A stretch of DNA of 64,000 nucleotides from Candidatus Kapaibacterium sp. (GTDB lineage: Bacteria > Bacteroidota > Ignavibacteria > Kapaibacteriales > UBA2268). Below, piece after piece: positions 54,113 through 63,875 of the stretch (its first letter is position 1; the number at the start of each line of letters is the position of its first letter). The position numbers were made by a program, and so were the translations under genes. Below the pieces are notes generated by a model. It did no database searches, was not told the DNA's origin, and saw only the letters and a program-made list of their open reading frames with translations. The stretch covers positions 1,472,001 through 1,536,000 of the forward strand of contig OY762428.1 of the NCBI GenBank assembly GCA_963665665.1, written 5' to 3'.

Positions 54113-54655
54113 ATGAAAATTATCCCTATTTTTGACAAGGATAATAAACTTCTTTCGTTTATATATGAAGAAAATGTTGTTTGTGAATTCGAACGTTTAT
54201 TTGATCTTTGGAATGATATTGAATACCTGGAGTCTTTTTTCCACGACAACGAATCGTATCTGAGAGACAGCTATTGGGATGGAAAATCGAAAGATTATTT
54301 AGTAAGAAAGACAAGAGAAATCGCAAATGATTTTGAAGACAAATTAATTGAATACGAGAATGTTGCGGATGACGACCAAATACGATTTTTGCAGGAATTA
54401 TTCGAGCCTCTCGGCCAAAGTGATTTTACAACCTAGGTTCTAACTAAAAGCAAAGCGAAAGAATTCTGGCTTCGAATTTATGCCTTGAAAGTAGATAGAT
54501 CTACATATATTATCACCGGAGGCGCTATAAAACTTACAAAACGGATGGAAGATCATGAAGCAACAAAATTAGAATTGAGAAAATTGGAAAAATGCAGAAA
54601 CTGGTTGTATAACCAAGGTATAACAGAAATTGAACAAATTGAAATTACTATATAG
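54113..54655 (+). pseudogene. RelE/HigB-like toxin of a TAC module, interrupted by an in-frame TAG
   Basis: The frame continues past TAG 54434-54436 as VLTKSKAKEFWLRIYALK...YIITGGAIKLTKRM to TAG 54655, 8 nt before the HTH gene. Confidence 0.7.
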
Positions 54656-54663
54656 AGCAGAAT

Positions 54664-55101
54664 ATGAAAAAAGATACTGATATATTGCAAAATTTGATCT
54701 CTGATACGCCTTCGAATTGGAAGGCTAAAGCCGAATACCGGAAAACCAATAAAGCCTGGCTGGATAAATCTGCCGATATAGCATTACTTATTCTTGAACA
54801 TTTACGGCAAAATAAAATCAGCCAGAAGCAGCTTGCTGAAATGATTGATGTAAGCCCGCAATTTGTTAACAAGTTAGTTAAGGGTAGCGAAAATCTGACG
54901 TTAAAAACAATATCAAATATCGAAAATGCTCTCGGGATAAGCTTGATCAAAGTTCAGAATGTAGCAGAGAGTATTGCTCTTGACAAAATTCCGATTCCTC
55001 CATCAATTGAATACTCGCAAGAGGTTTCTAATGAATTTGATTTTGCAAACCGTTTTGAAGAACTAAATGAAAATTGTCTAATTTATAGATTAGGCGCATG
55101 A
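54664..55101 (+). CDS. HigA-like XRE antitoxin with a C-terminal extension
   Basis: ISQKQLAEMIDVSPQFVNKLVKGSENLTLKTISNIENALG followed by a ~45-aa tail. Confidence 0.8.
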   Translation: MKKDTDILQNLISDTPSNWKAKAEYRKTNKAWLDKSADIALLILEHLRQNKISQKQLAEMIDVSPQFVNKLVKGSENLTLKTISNIENALGISLIKVQNVAESIALDKIPIPPSIEYSQEVSNEFDFANRFEELNENCLIYRLGA

Positions 55102-55541
55102 TGAAAAGCAATGTGACGATTAAGTTTAAGCTTGCCGGAATAAAAACAGAACAATTTGCAATTATTGAAGAGAACTTTGATGACACGGCAAAAATTGAAA
55201 TTAATGTAGATTTCAAATTTGGCGGAAACGCAGTACAAAAGGGAGTCGGAGTTCTGGCTTCATTCACATATCTTAATCAAACAAAAGCATTTTTAAAAAT
55301 TGCAATTGGATGTCATTTCCAATTTGATGACGAAGCCTGGAGTAAAATTCAGTCCGATAAGCAGGAATTGATAATTCCGGTAAATATTATAAGGCACTTG
55401 GCTGTTTTAACTGTCGGAACTTGTCGCGGCGTTCTTCATGCCAAAACGGAAAATACAAAATTTAATCAGTTTTTCCTTCCAACAATTAACGTTGAAACTA
55501 TATTGAAGGATGATATTGTGATACAATTAGAGACTGTATAA
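55098..55541 (+). CDS. SecB-like chaperone
   Basis: 147 aa with a beta-rich N-terminal half and C-terminal RHLAVLTVGTCRGVLH...FFLPTINV (SecB-type LPxxN). ATGA overlap with the antitoxin. Confidence 0.7.
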   Translation: MMKSNVTIKFKLAGIKTEQFAIIEENFDDTAKIEINVDFKFGGNAVQKGVGVLASFTYLNQTKAFLKIAIGCHFQFDDEAWSKIQSDKQELIIPVNIIRHLAVLTVGTCRGVLHAKTENTKFNQFFLPTINVETILKDDIVIQLETV

Positions 55542-55620
55542 CATCTTTATTCTACTTTAAGGTTGGTAAGCATAACGCAAAAATCTATACGCACTTTATC
55601 AGCTTATAAGGAAATTGGAA

Positions 55621-56127
55621 ATGGGTAAGAAAAAGCCGGAATTTATAAGAAACGTAGGGCAGCTAATACATTGGCACTATGCGAAACTAATAGCCGAGGC
55701 CCGATGTGGCAGCCGGGAAGAATATGCCCTTGTGATGCATGGATATAAAAAGCTGGAGTCGGGAGAAATCAGTATTTCGGGCTTGATCCGCGATAATAAA
55801 AAATTTCTTGAATTGGAAAAGTGCTGTGTGTACTGCCGATCAACAACCAATATTCAACTTGATCATATAATACCGTTAAGTAAAGGAGGCCCGGATACCT
55901 TTGATAATCTTATCTACGCCTGCCGGAATTGCAATATCTCAAAGGGTAACAAAAGCCTGCCAGAATGGTATGGCGATAATTACAGTAATGAAATTCCTGC
56001 AATCGTTTTCTCAAAATTTCTGAAGCTGATCTATCAAAAACATAAAGAAAACGACACCCTAAAGGAAACCGATTTTAATGGTGACGGAATTCTTGATTAC
56101 CGTGATTTAACAGATGTCTTTTGTTAA
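55621..56127 (+). CDS. HNH endonuclease
   Basis: CVYC...DHIIPLSKGG...NLIYACRNCNISKG; C-terminal DFNGDGILDYRDL. Confidence 0.88.
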   Translation: MGKKKPEFIRNVGQLIHWHYAKLIAEARCGSREEYALVMHGYKKLESGEISISGLIRDNKKFLELEKCCVYCRSTTNIQLDHIIPLSKGGPDTFDNLIYACRNCNISKGNKSLPEWYGDNYSNEIPAIVFSKFLKLIYQKHKENDTLKETDFNGDGILDYRDLTDVFC

Positions 56128-56143
56128 AGGAAAAACAAAGTAT

Positions 56144-57013
56144 TTACCTATTACCCTCGTAAACCCTTCTGACCAAATCTTTTATAACTTCATTATTGTT
56201 CTTTATTTCATCTTTTGTAAGCCTGATTCGGTAGCTTCTGCCTCTAATATCATAATCAATAACTTCGAATCCGGCTTCATCAAAAATATTTTCAATTGAC
56301 TCATTTTTTTCAGATCTCAGGTGCAGTACGATATATTTCTTCCTTGGTTTAAGGGCAAAGATATTGTTCGATACTCCGTTCTTCCGAAGGCCAATATAGA
56401 ATTTATTATATTTCAGTTCGTACTGGTTATCAAATTCATGCAGGATTTCAAGAAGTTTGTCCGCAAGAAGAACTGTTTCCTTTGTTGCTTTGTTTTCCCA
56501 GTATGCCCTGTCAACCAGTTCCTGTTCAGACTCGTCTTCGTCCACAAGGCCAAGAGTAAGCTGATTAAGTATGGTAGTAAAAACGAGGGATATTTTGTCC
56601 TCCAACCTAATCGCATTCAGCTGTATGGCAATTACTGGAATAAATCCGTTGAACAGACTGATCACGTTGAAAAAACGGCTGGTAATATCCTCGGCAATAA
56701 TAACAGCGCAATGTTCATATTGCGGATAGCGTTTTCTTTCGATGTCCCAATACTCAAGAGTTCTGATAATATGGCTTTCGTCAGTTTTTCCAAGTTGGAG
56801 TTCTACTTCATACCTTTGGTAAGTATCAGGATCCTGTAGTAACAAATCCAATCTGCCGGAATTTGGCTGGCTCCTTTCAATATCTTTAAGAATCAAATCT
56901 CCAAGGCCAAGAATCGATGGATCTTCGGCAATTCTTTCCTGTACCCATTTCTCGTTTATATTCGGCTGATCTTTTAGTGAAATCTTTACAACTTTAACAT
57001 AATTTGTTGTCAT
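56144..57013 (-). CDS. NucS/EndoMS-like PD-(D/E)xK nuclease with a DUF5655-like C-terminal domain
   Basis: GRLDLL...YEVELQ...HIIRTLEYW and AVIIAE; C-terminal LKYNKFYIGL. Confidence 0.65.
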   Translation of the reverse strand: MTTNYVKVVKISLKDQPNINEKWVQERIAEDPSILGLGDLILKDIERSQPNSGRLDLLLQDPDTYQRYEVELQLGKTDESHIIRTLEYWDIERKRYPQYEHCAVIIAEDITSRFFNVISLFNGFIPVIAIQLNAIRLEDKISLVFTTILNQLTLGLVDEDESEQELVDRAYWENKATKETVLLADKLLEILHEFDNQYELKYNKFYIGLRKNGVSNNIFALKPRKKYIVLHLRSEKNESIENIFDEAGFEVIDYDIRGRSYRIRLTKDEIKNNNEVIKDLVRRVYEGNR

Positions 57014-57313
57014 TTTTTACGATCCCCTAAATTTCAAACAGCTATTATGGAATTAATCTTTAATATTACAAGATTATTCTATAATTTTATAGCATAAACC
57101 AAGCCAAAACTGAATTGGGAATTGTATATTGGCGGTATTTTACAATATTAGCCCAGCCTAATAAAATACCGGGGTATAAAACCATGGGGTTGCAAATAAA
57201 AACCCCTTAGAAGCGATTTATGTAGGCCAGTCTTGAAAAGCAAGGACTGGTGAGGGTTTTGGGGTATGCTTCAGGAAATATTATGAAATTTATAGGAATT
57301 TGCAATATTCTAT

Positions 57314-57541
57314 TTACTTTTCCGGTTTAAATGAAAGCCCTTTATAAATAAATTCCCCTTTTTGGCCTGAAAATATTCTATCATGTTTTATTGAATTATC
57401 GAAGATGTTTTGTGGAATGTTATCGAAGGCCTGGCAGGATTTATCTGAGATGAAATATTCACAACTTAAACATTGGGAGATACAGTTTGAAAAATCATCT
57501 GTTGCCCATCTTTCTTGTATTGTCATTGGTTTCTTCTTCAT
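57314..57541 (-). CDS. Small Cys/His protein of a phage-associated type
   Basis: QCLSC...CQAF.NIP..IF....H...GQKG pattern. Likely start MKKKP at 57541. Confidence 0.5.
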   Translation of the reverse strand: MKKKPMTIQERWATDDFSNCISQCLSCEYFISDKSCQAFDNIPQNIFDNSIKHDRIFSGQKGEFIYKGLSFKPEK

Positions 57542-57545
57542 TGTT

Positions 57546-57920
57546 TTACCTACCACACTCTATCCCGAATAACTGGTATTCGAGGCAGTCGTGTTTCTTA
57601 TTAGATTTTGATTTCTTCCTCGGTTTTGTTGTTTTGCTGCCTTTTGGATAACATCTGTTGAATTTATCAAAGATTTCTGCTGCTCGAGGATTTTTGCGGC
57701 ATCCTCTTTCTATTGTTCCGTAGCGTATCTGGTAGCCTATCACTTCGCAATTGTTGTCCACTATTGGACTGATAACTACCTGCTGAGGCGACAGTTCCGG
57801 AGCAATCTCTATTTCCGGAATATAGTCGATATTCATTCTTTCAACGGTCTGGCACATTTTGGAAAGTTTAACTTTCGATTCAATTTTATCAACAACCTTC
57901 AAAAAAGCCATCTGTTTCAA
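57546..57920 (-). CDS. Hypothetical protein
   Basis: 124-aa ORF abutting the next gene; no recognisable motif. Confidence 0.4.
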   Translation of the reverse strand: MKQMAFLKVVDKIESKVKLSKMCQTVERMNIDYIPEIEIAPELSPQQVVISPIVDNNCEVIGYQIRYGTIERGCRKNPRAAEIFDKFNRCYPKGSKTTKPRKKSKSNKKHDCLEYQLFGIECGR

Positions 57921-58080
57921 CAGTTGACAGTTCAGGAGTTATTATTTACGGCTATGTAGAACACCTATCAGTTAATGAATTGAGAATTACTTTCAATTAT
58001 CCTTTCGCTGGGTTGGCGGTTTGTAATTGAAACAAAAAGCAGGGCCGGAACCCTGCTAATTATAATTATGTTGTTAATAT

Positions 58081-61000
58081 TTACTTAGTAAATATAAATT
58101 TCTCAATGATGCTTGTATTGCCATCAGATATTCTGATAAAATACATTCCGGTAGATTGATCCTGCATATCAAATTCAATTTTATTTCTTCCGAAGTTTAG
58201 ACAATTACTGAGATTCATCAGCTTATTCCCAAACATATCAATAATATCGAGAGTATAATTGCCAGGTTGGTAAATCTCAAGTTCTACTGTGCCCTGATAC
58301 TGTACCGGGTTAGGATAAACCGCCAGAATCCTGAATTCCTTGTTGTCTATTTCTTCGACGGAATTAGCTTCGGACGGGACCGCGCTGACTACTTTTGAAA
58401 AGCTGGATTCCTCGAAATCCTCGTTAATCGACGTGTACATGTAATAGTAGCGTTTGTAGGCTTCCACGCCTTTGTCGGTATAAGCGAGGTCGGAAACTAC
58501 GGTCCCGTTCACCCGAATAGTGTCGGTGTAAGTCGTGTCCGTTTTATTCTCAAAGCGATAAACGTTATATCCTATAGACGTTTCGCCGGGCTCGGCTTCC
58601 CATTCCAGATCAACCTGTCCCTTGCCGCCTTCGGCAGTGAATATGGTGGATGCAGCCCCGGCAGCATCGATAACGAAGGAGAAGCGGCTGTCCTCGATAG
58701 GAATTTTGAAGTATTCATCATCCTGGGCATCAGCAACGCGGATGTAGTTAATCCCGTCGCCGGTATATTTATTGAAATAGTAAGTGGCCGTCCAGATTTT
58801 TCCTTCTGCATCCCAGCTGCCGCTCGTTTTCACCGCGTGCTGCGTGAACGGTTCCCGCACGCCGAAGGACAGGAAGGGCTCTACGCTCTTATCCATTTTC
58901 CTGTTAAAGTACACTTCGAATGTATGCTCTCCCTCGCCGAATGCGTCAATATTCCCCGCTTCGGGGTACTTACCGTCAACCAACACTTTCCAGACTATGC
59001 CGTGGGCGGAGTCGGAGGGTTGGGTTAGGAAGGGTTCGTAGACTACTAATCTATAATCAAAATTATCCCAGAAATCATAAATCATATCATCAATTTTTTT
59101 CTTGTCGGAGGTTCCCCAATAGTTATAATTATTTATGCATGTATCTTTTCCTTTAAAGCTACTAACTGAGTACGGGTTGTTATTGACAAAACTATTGTTC
59201 TTTACCACACTTCCTTTATATATGTTGTGCATCGCACCACCAGCAATTGAATTTTCTGAATTATTCCAAAAATTATTATTAGTTATTACAGATGATAAGT
59301 CACGGTCATGATTGGTTATGTTGTTAATTTGGTTATGAATAAAATTATTTCTGTCAATTGTCGCATTTTCGATAATATTGCTATTTGTTGATGTTCGTCC
59401 AATATTCTGCTTTGATAATATTGAATTTCTTATTTCCAAATATCCGCCAAAAGAATAAAACCTAATATTTTCAAGAATACAATAATTAATAATGCATTTA
59501 TTACGGATTTCAATATGCTTATCATGATCAAAGGGATAAAATCCCATGAATTTAATAAGATGATCTTTATTACCTATCGCAATAAGCTCTCCTTCAACTC
59601 TTAAATAAATATTATCATAAATTTCTATTTCGGTTCCAGACTCAATAGTCAAAATTGCACTTTCTAGCAACAGTGTATTCCCAACAATCAAATATAAATT
59701 ATCCTTAGTCCATGTTTGGTCCTCAGATATAACTCCGCTGATTTCAATTCCTTTTTCAGTATTAACAATAAGCTCTTTTTTGCTGGTGTCCGCCGAACCT
59801 TCTTCCCAGGCAAGAGCCTCGAACACAATGTCCCTGTTGTGAACTATATTATTCGATATTTTGACTTGAAAAGGGTTGTCGAAATTTTGACGGGAAGCGT
59901 ATGCTCCGAGCGCTCCGAGGTTTACAAGACTATTATAAATCGTTGCGACGGATTTGTCTTCGTTGTCGGCAAGCTGAAGTTTCATCCAAACCGTTTTTGA
60001 ATTTCCTCCGGCATTACGAATCTTGACGTTGAATTCAATGTCTTCGCCGGCGTCCGCTCGGTAATCGCCGTCTCCTTTCAGCGTGTCGACAAGTATAAAC
60101 GAAGCGACCTGGAGAACCGGCTTTGGCGAAAAAGCCAGAGTTTTCTCAAGATCGAAGACGTTAGTACCGTTTGCGCCTATTATTCTCGCCCAAATCATTT
60201 CCTGGGATTCGTCTTTTAAATCTTTGTAAATCGATAAAGCGCCGGCAATAACAGGCGCCGCCATCGACGTGCCCTGCAAACTTTTATACCTGTTATTGGG
60301 ATACGCGCTCATTATCTCCGTACCGGGAGCGACAACTTCATAATTAAGCAAATTTGGGTATCCGCTATTAATCGGTCCGTCGATGTCGGTATTCGTAAAG
60401 TCCGCTAATTCGTTTTGATTATCGCTCGCCTTTACGCCAAGAACATATTGAAAAGCGGCCGGGTAAAAAGGCTCGCAACCGACGCCCGGTCCGATACATA
60501 TAGCGTCATTACCCGCAGCCGCAACCAAAACCGCTTTCGAATATGCGTAAGCAAGCGCGTCTTCCATAGCCTGGGAGCGGGCATAAGAGCCGAAGCTCAT
60601 ATTTATGACGGTCGCGCCGTTGTCCGCCGCCCAGCGAATGCCCTGGGCTATGGTCGCCGCGTCTCCGCGGCCCGAGCTCTGCAATACCTTTACGGGCAAT
60701 ATTTTTGCGTTGGGGTTTACGCCGCAGATTCCGATTCCGTTGTTTCCGACCGCGGCGGCTATTCCCGCTACGTGCGTACCGTGACCGTTGTCGTCGTTTG
60801 GGTCGTTGTCGTTGTTAATAAAGTCTTTTCCCTGCAGGCAATTCGCTTTTAAATCGGGATGCTCCGTATCGACGCCGGTGTCGAGAATACCGATAATCTG
60901 GTTGCTGGTTCCGCCGGTTTGCTCCCATACTTTATCGATTTTGCAGCGTTCGATATACCATTGGTCGCCGTAAAGCTCGTCGTTGGGGTCGGCGCAAGCT

Positions 61001-61413
61001 TCATAGATATAATTCGGTTCGGCGTATTCAATTTCGTCCAGATACTTTAGCTCCCTGATCAGAGGCTCCATGTCCCGGCTGTTCTCAAGCTTTAGCATGA
61101 ATATCTTCGACAAATCTCTCAGCTCAATATCATCTCCGCCGAGAACCTGAATTTTCTTTTTTTCGAACTTAAAATCACTGAAAAGCGGTTCTGTATTTTT
61201 TACAGAATAATTTTTCAGAACTTCATTCAGTTTATTATCGCTTGATAATACCACATCTCCTGATTTTTTTATTGTGGTTGTAGTTTTATCTTTGAATTTA
61301 ACGATTACGTCGCCCGGGACGTATGGATGAATCTCAATTTGCTGGGATTGCAGGGATGTAATTGAAAAAAAGAATAAAATGGCACTGAGAAAAACAGTAA
61401 AGCGAGTAAGCAT
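58081..61413 (-). CDS. T9SS-secreted S8 subtilisin-like serine protease, multidomain
   Basis: Signal peptide and propeptide (YAEPNY). Catalytic ILDTG, GHGTHVAG and GTSMA. Beta-helix-like and Fn3-like regions. CTD VYPNP...STGMYFIRI. Confidence 0.92.
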   Translation of the reverse strand: MLTRFTVFLSAILFFFSITSLQSQQIEIHPYVPGDVIVKFKDKTTTTIKKSGDVVLSSDNKLNEVLKNYSVKNTEPLFSDFKFEKKKIQVLGGDDIELRDLSKIFMLKLENSRDMEPLIRELKYLDEIEYAEPNYIYEACADPNDELYGDQWYIERCKIDKVWEQTGGTSNQIIGILDTGVDTEHPDLKANCLQGKDFINNDNDPNDDNGHGTHVAGIAAAVGNNGIGICGVNPNAKILPVKVLQSSGRGDAATIAQGIRWAADNGATVINMSFGSYARSQAMEDALAYAYSKAVLVAAAGNDAICIGPGVGCEPFYPAAFQYVLGVKASDNQNELADFTNTDIDGPINSGYPNLLNYEVVAPGTEIMSAYPNNRYKSLQGTSMAAPVIAGALSIYKDLKDESQEMIWARIIGANGTNVFDLEKTLAFSPKPVLQVASFILVDTLKGDGDYRADAGEDIEFNVKIRNAGGNSKTVWMKLQLADNEDKSVATIYNSLVNLGALGAYASRQNFDNPFQVKISNNIVHNRDIVFEALAWEEGSADTSKKELIVNTEKGIEISGVISEDQTWTKDNLYLIVGNTLLLESAILTIESGTEIEIYDNIYLRVEGELIAIGNKDHLIKFMGFYPFDHDKHIEIRNKCIINYCILENIRFYSFGGYLEIRNSILSKQNIGRTSTNSNIIENATIDRNNFIHNQINNITNHDRDLSSVITNNNFWNNSENSIAGGAMHNIYKGSVVKNNSFVNNNPYSVSSFKGKDTCINNYNYWGTSDKKKIDDMIYDFWDNFDYRLVVYEPFLTQPSDSAHGIVWKVLVDGKYPEAGNIDAFGEGEHTFEVYFNRKMDKSVEPFLSFGVREPFTQHAVKTSGSWDAEGKIWTATYYFNKYTGDGINYIRVADAQDDEYFKIPIEDSRFSFVIDAAGAASTIFTAEGGKGQVDLEWEAEPGETSIGYNVYRFENKTDTTYTDTIRVNGTVVSDLAYTDKGVEAYKRYYYMYTSINEDFEESSFSKVVSAVPSEANSVEEIDNKEFRILAVYPNPVQYQGTVELEIYQPGNYTLDIIDMFGNKLMNLSNCLNFGRNKIEFDMQDQSTGMYFIRISDGNTSIIEKFIFTK

Positions 61414-61787
61414 AAAGCCCCCTGATAATGTTATATTTCTATTGCTAAATTATTTTACAATAACAATATAACCAAAATTACCAAAATTGAAAAAAAAATA
61501 CAAAAAATAATGAAACTATTCCCGACAAAAAATGTCGAACAACAATTTTTGTCTGTTTTACCAGGTGGCAAGTGCCCAATATGATAAGCTCCCCAATATT
61601 TAGACATATTTAAGTATAGTTTAAGTTATTTCAATTGATCAAATAGATCAAAATAACCAAATAATCAATGTAAGACACATATTAGATAAGTTAATAATTT
61701 TCCGGAAGTGTGAGCGGCTTCCTTCAAAAATAACAGCGAATTAAGATAAGATATTCTTAACTTGCAAAAAATCAAAAGGAGCATCAA

Positions 61788-62075
61788 ATGGCAAACAAAC
61801 GAAGAAATTACAGTTCAAAATTCAAAATGCAGGTAGCCCTGGAGGCAGTCCAAGAGAGAAAAACAATAACCGAGCTGGCATCGGAGTACGGGGTTCATCC
61901 AAACCAGATAAGCATGTGGAAAAAGCATTTAAAAGAAAGTGAAAAGGAAGTATTTGAAAACAAGCGTGGGCCAGGGAAGAATAAAAAAGAAAAAGACGAA
62001 TCAGTATTATATGAAGAAATAGGCCAGCTAAAAATTGAATTAGACTGGTTAAAAAAAAAATTGGGACGTGAGTAA
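61788..62075 (+). CDS. IS3 transposase OrfA (HTH)
   Basis: RRNYSSKFKMQVALEA...YGVHPNQISMWK...WLKKK, with an A10 run at 62051-62060 as the likely -1 frameshift site. Confidence 0.92.
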   Translation: MANKRRNYSSKFKMQVALEAVQERKTITELASEYGVHPNQISMWKKHLKESEKEVFENKRGPGKNKKEKDESVLYEEIGQLKIELDWLKKKLGRE

Positions 62076-62913
62076 AAAAGAGCGTAGAAATATGGTAGAT
62101 GCTGATAATAAAGAAATTAGCATAAGCCGGCAGTGCGAGCTTTTGGGTATTAGCAGGAGCTGTTATTATTACAAACCCAAGGGTGAAAGTGAAGCAAATA
62201 TTCTATATATGAAGCTGATCAAAGAACAATTCGCGATTACTCCATTTTATGGAGCCAGAAAAATGACAGCACACTTACGTTCTTTGGGATACCATGTTAA
62301 CTATAAACGAATCAGGCGATTAATGAAATTATTGGGACTTCGGGCAATATATCCCCAACCGGACACGAGCAAACCGAACAAGGAGCACAAAATTTATCCA
62401 TACCTGTTGAGGGATATGAAAATAAGTCGTCCGGATCAGGTTTGGAGCCTGGATATAACATATATTCCGATGCGTAAAGGATTTATGTATCTTATAGCAA
62501 TTATAGATGTTTATAGCAGGTATATCGTCGACTGGGAATTATCGAATAACCTTGAGAAGGAGTTCTGCATAGATACAATAAAAAGGTCTTTGAAAACCAG
62601 GAAACCGGAAATAACAAACACGGATCAGGGCAGTCAGTTCACGAGCAATGATTTTGTGAAAACGATTCTGGATGCTGATGTTAAGGTAAGCATGGACGGC
62701 AAGGGCCGCGCCTTGGACAATGTTTACATAGAACGCTTCTGGCGGAGCTTTAAATACGAAGACCTGTATCTGAAGTCTTACGAAGACGGAAAAGAGCTCT
62801 ATGGCGGTATAAAGGCTTATGTCGATTGGTATAACAACACGAGGCCGCACGCAGGAATTGAATACCAGATTCCGGCTGAAAAATATATGAACGAACAGCG
62901 GTTCGTTAATTGA
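62068..62913 (+). CDS. IS3 transposase OrfB (DDE)
   Basis: WSLDITY, NTDQGSQF, DNVYIERFWRSFKYE and YNNTRPH. Confidence 0.95.
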   Translation: MSKKERRNMVDADNKEISISRQCELLGISRSCYYYKPKGESEANILYMKLIKEQFAITPFYGARKMTAHLRSLGYHVNYKRIRRLMKLLGLRAIYPQPDTSKPNKEHKIYPYLLRDMKISRPDQVWSLDITYIPMRKGFMYLIAIIDVYSRYIVDWELSNNLEKEFCIDTIKRSLKTRKPEITNTDQGSQFTSNDFVKTILDADVKVSMDGKGRALDNVYIERFWRSFKYEDLYLKSYEDGKELYGGIKAYVDWYNNTRPHAGIEYQIPAEKYMNEQRFVN

Positions 62914-63250
62914 AAACTTTGTTGGAAAAGTGAAAAAATGCAATCCGGTAAGCAATTGATAAAAAAAGAAATAGAAAGGAGAGTGAAAGTTATCCACAAT
63001 TTCCAGGTTGTTAACAAAAAGAAAAAAAAGTAGCAAAAAAAAGAAAAATTAATATTATTACATATTTTTTTCTTATTTTATTAGAGAAGAAGTATAGATT
63101 AATAAACACCATAAACTATACTTTTATTTGTCTAAGCAATAGGGAGCATTTCAGTGAAGCAAGTTTCCATCATATAAATTACTCTGCTAAACAGTTTAAT
63201 TTTTTAACCATATTATTCATCAATAGATAAAATTACTTCATAAAATATTT

Positions 63251-63682
63251 ATTAGGATATCCAATAAAATTAACAAAAAACGATTTTAATTTTTTCCAAT
63301 TACACAACAGGTAAAAGAATTATTATTGGAGCAACTCAAATTTGCAAAAAGTCGTTTAGGAACTGACAAGAAGGAAAAAGTCTTTCGTTGGGAAGCCAGT
63401 TCCTCCAGCCGTCTGACGAGAAGATTCAACACTATCTGTAACGAAGCCGGCTGCCGAATCAACAACCAATCATTTCACCGCCTGAGAAATACTTTCAGCA
63501 ATAAAATATTGGATTCAGATATGACCGCTGTTGAAATGCGGCGCGCTATGAGGCATAGCAATATTCAGACAACAATCGAAAAGTATGAAAAAAGAAAGAA
63601 AGAGAAGATGGGGGAAAAAATCCAAAGTGTTGTTACGATTGATAAATCATGGAAGAATTCTCAAAAACAAAATAATAAATGA
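63251..63682 (+). pseudogene. Tyrosine integrase C-terminal remnant
   Basis: FHRLRNTF (HxxR) and MRHSNIQTTIEKY (H...Y). The upstream in-frame IRISNKINKKRF*FFPIT has a TAA at 63287. The N-terminal part is missing next to the IS3. Confidence 0.85.
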
Positions 63683-63692
63683 ATCGGAAAAA

Positions 63693-63714
63693 GTTCTAAT
63701 AAAAGTTCTAATAA
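63693..63714. promoter_or_regulatory. Putative integrase arm-type sites, right end
   Basis: GTTCTAATAA at 63693 and 63705, with the same 12-bp period as the left end. Confidence 0.7.
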
Positions 63715-63738
63715 CGGAGCACAAATTTAACTTGAAAT

Positions 63739-63875
63739 GCACAAATCTGACAAAAATATTTTTTGAGAATAATTTCTGTTCAAAATGCAAAAACCCGCTA
63801 CAGTTCTACCTATAGCGGGTTTTTGTTTTCGAGCCAACATGCGGACTTGAACCGCAGACCTGCTCATTACGAATG
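63739..63875. repeat. att direct repeat, right copy, including the tRNA terminator
   Basis: Matches 47232-47368 and contains the AAAAACCCGCTA...TAGCGGGTTTTT hairpin. Confidence 0.93.

Larger units (their letters stand above)
61582..63153 (+). mobile_element. IS3-family insertion sequence (1572 bp)
   Basis: TG...CA ends with ~42-bp imperfect inverted repeats: TGATAAGCTCCCCAATATTTAGACATATTTAAGTATAGTTTA versus TGAAATGCTCCCTATTGCTTAGACAAATAAAAGTATAGTTTA. Contains orfA and orfB. Confidence 0.92.
47232..63875. mobile_element. Genomic island integrated at tRNA-Thr(CGT), decayed
   Basis: Flanking 137-bp direct repeats, a tyrosine-integrase remnant next to the tRNA, paired GTTCTAATAA sites at both ends, and accessory or pseudogene cargo. 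Confidence 0.92.

Noticed and set aside
53720-54655. Two neighbouring genes with in-frame TAG suggesting amber recoding (code 15 or pyrrolysine)
   Set aside because: One TAG replaces a conserved Trp (a single TGG>TAG change), the toxin frame itself ends in TAG, and other island relics are broken by TAA or frameshifts. Ordinary decay explains it.
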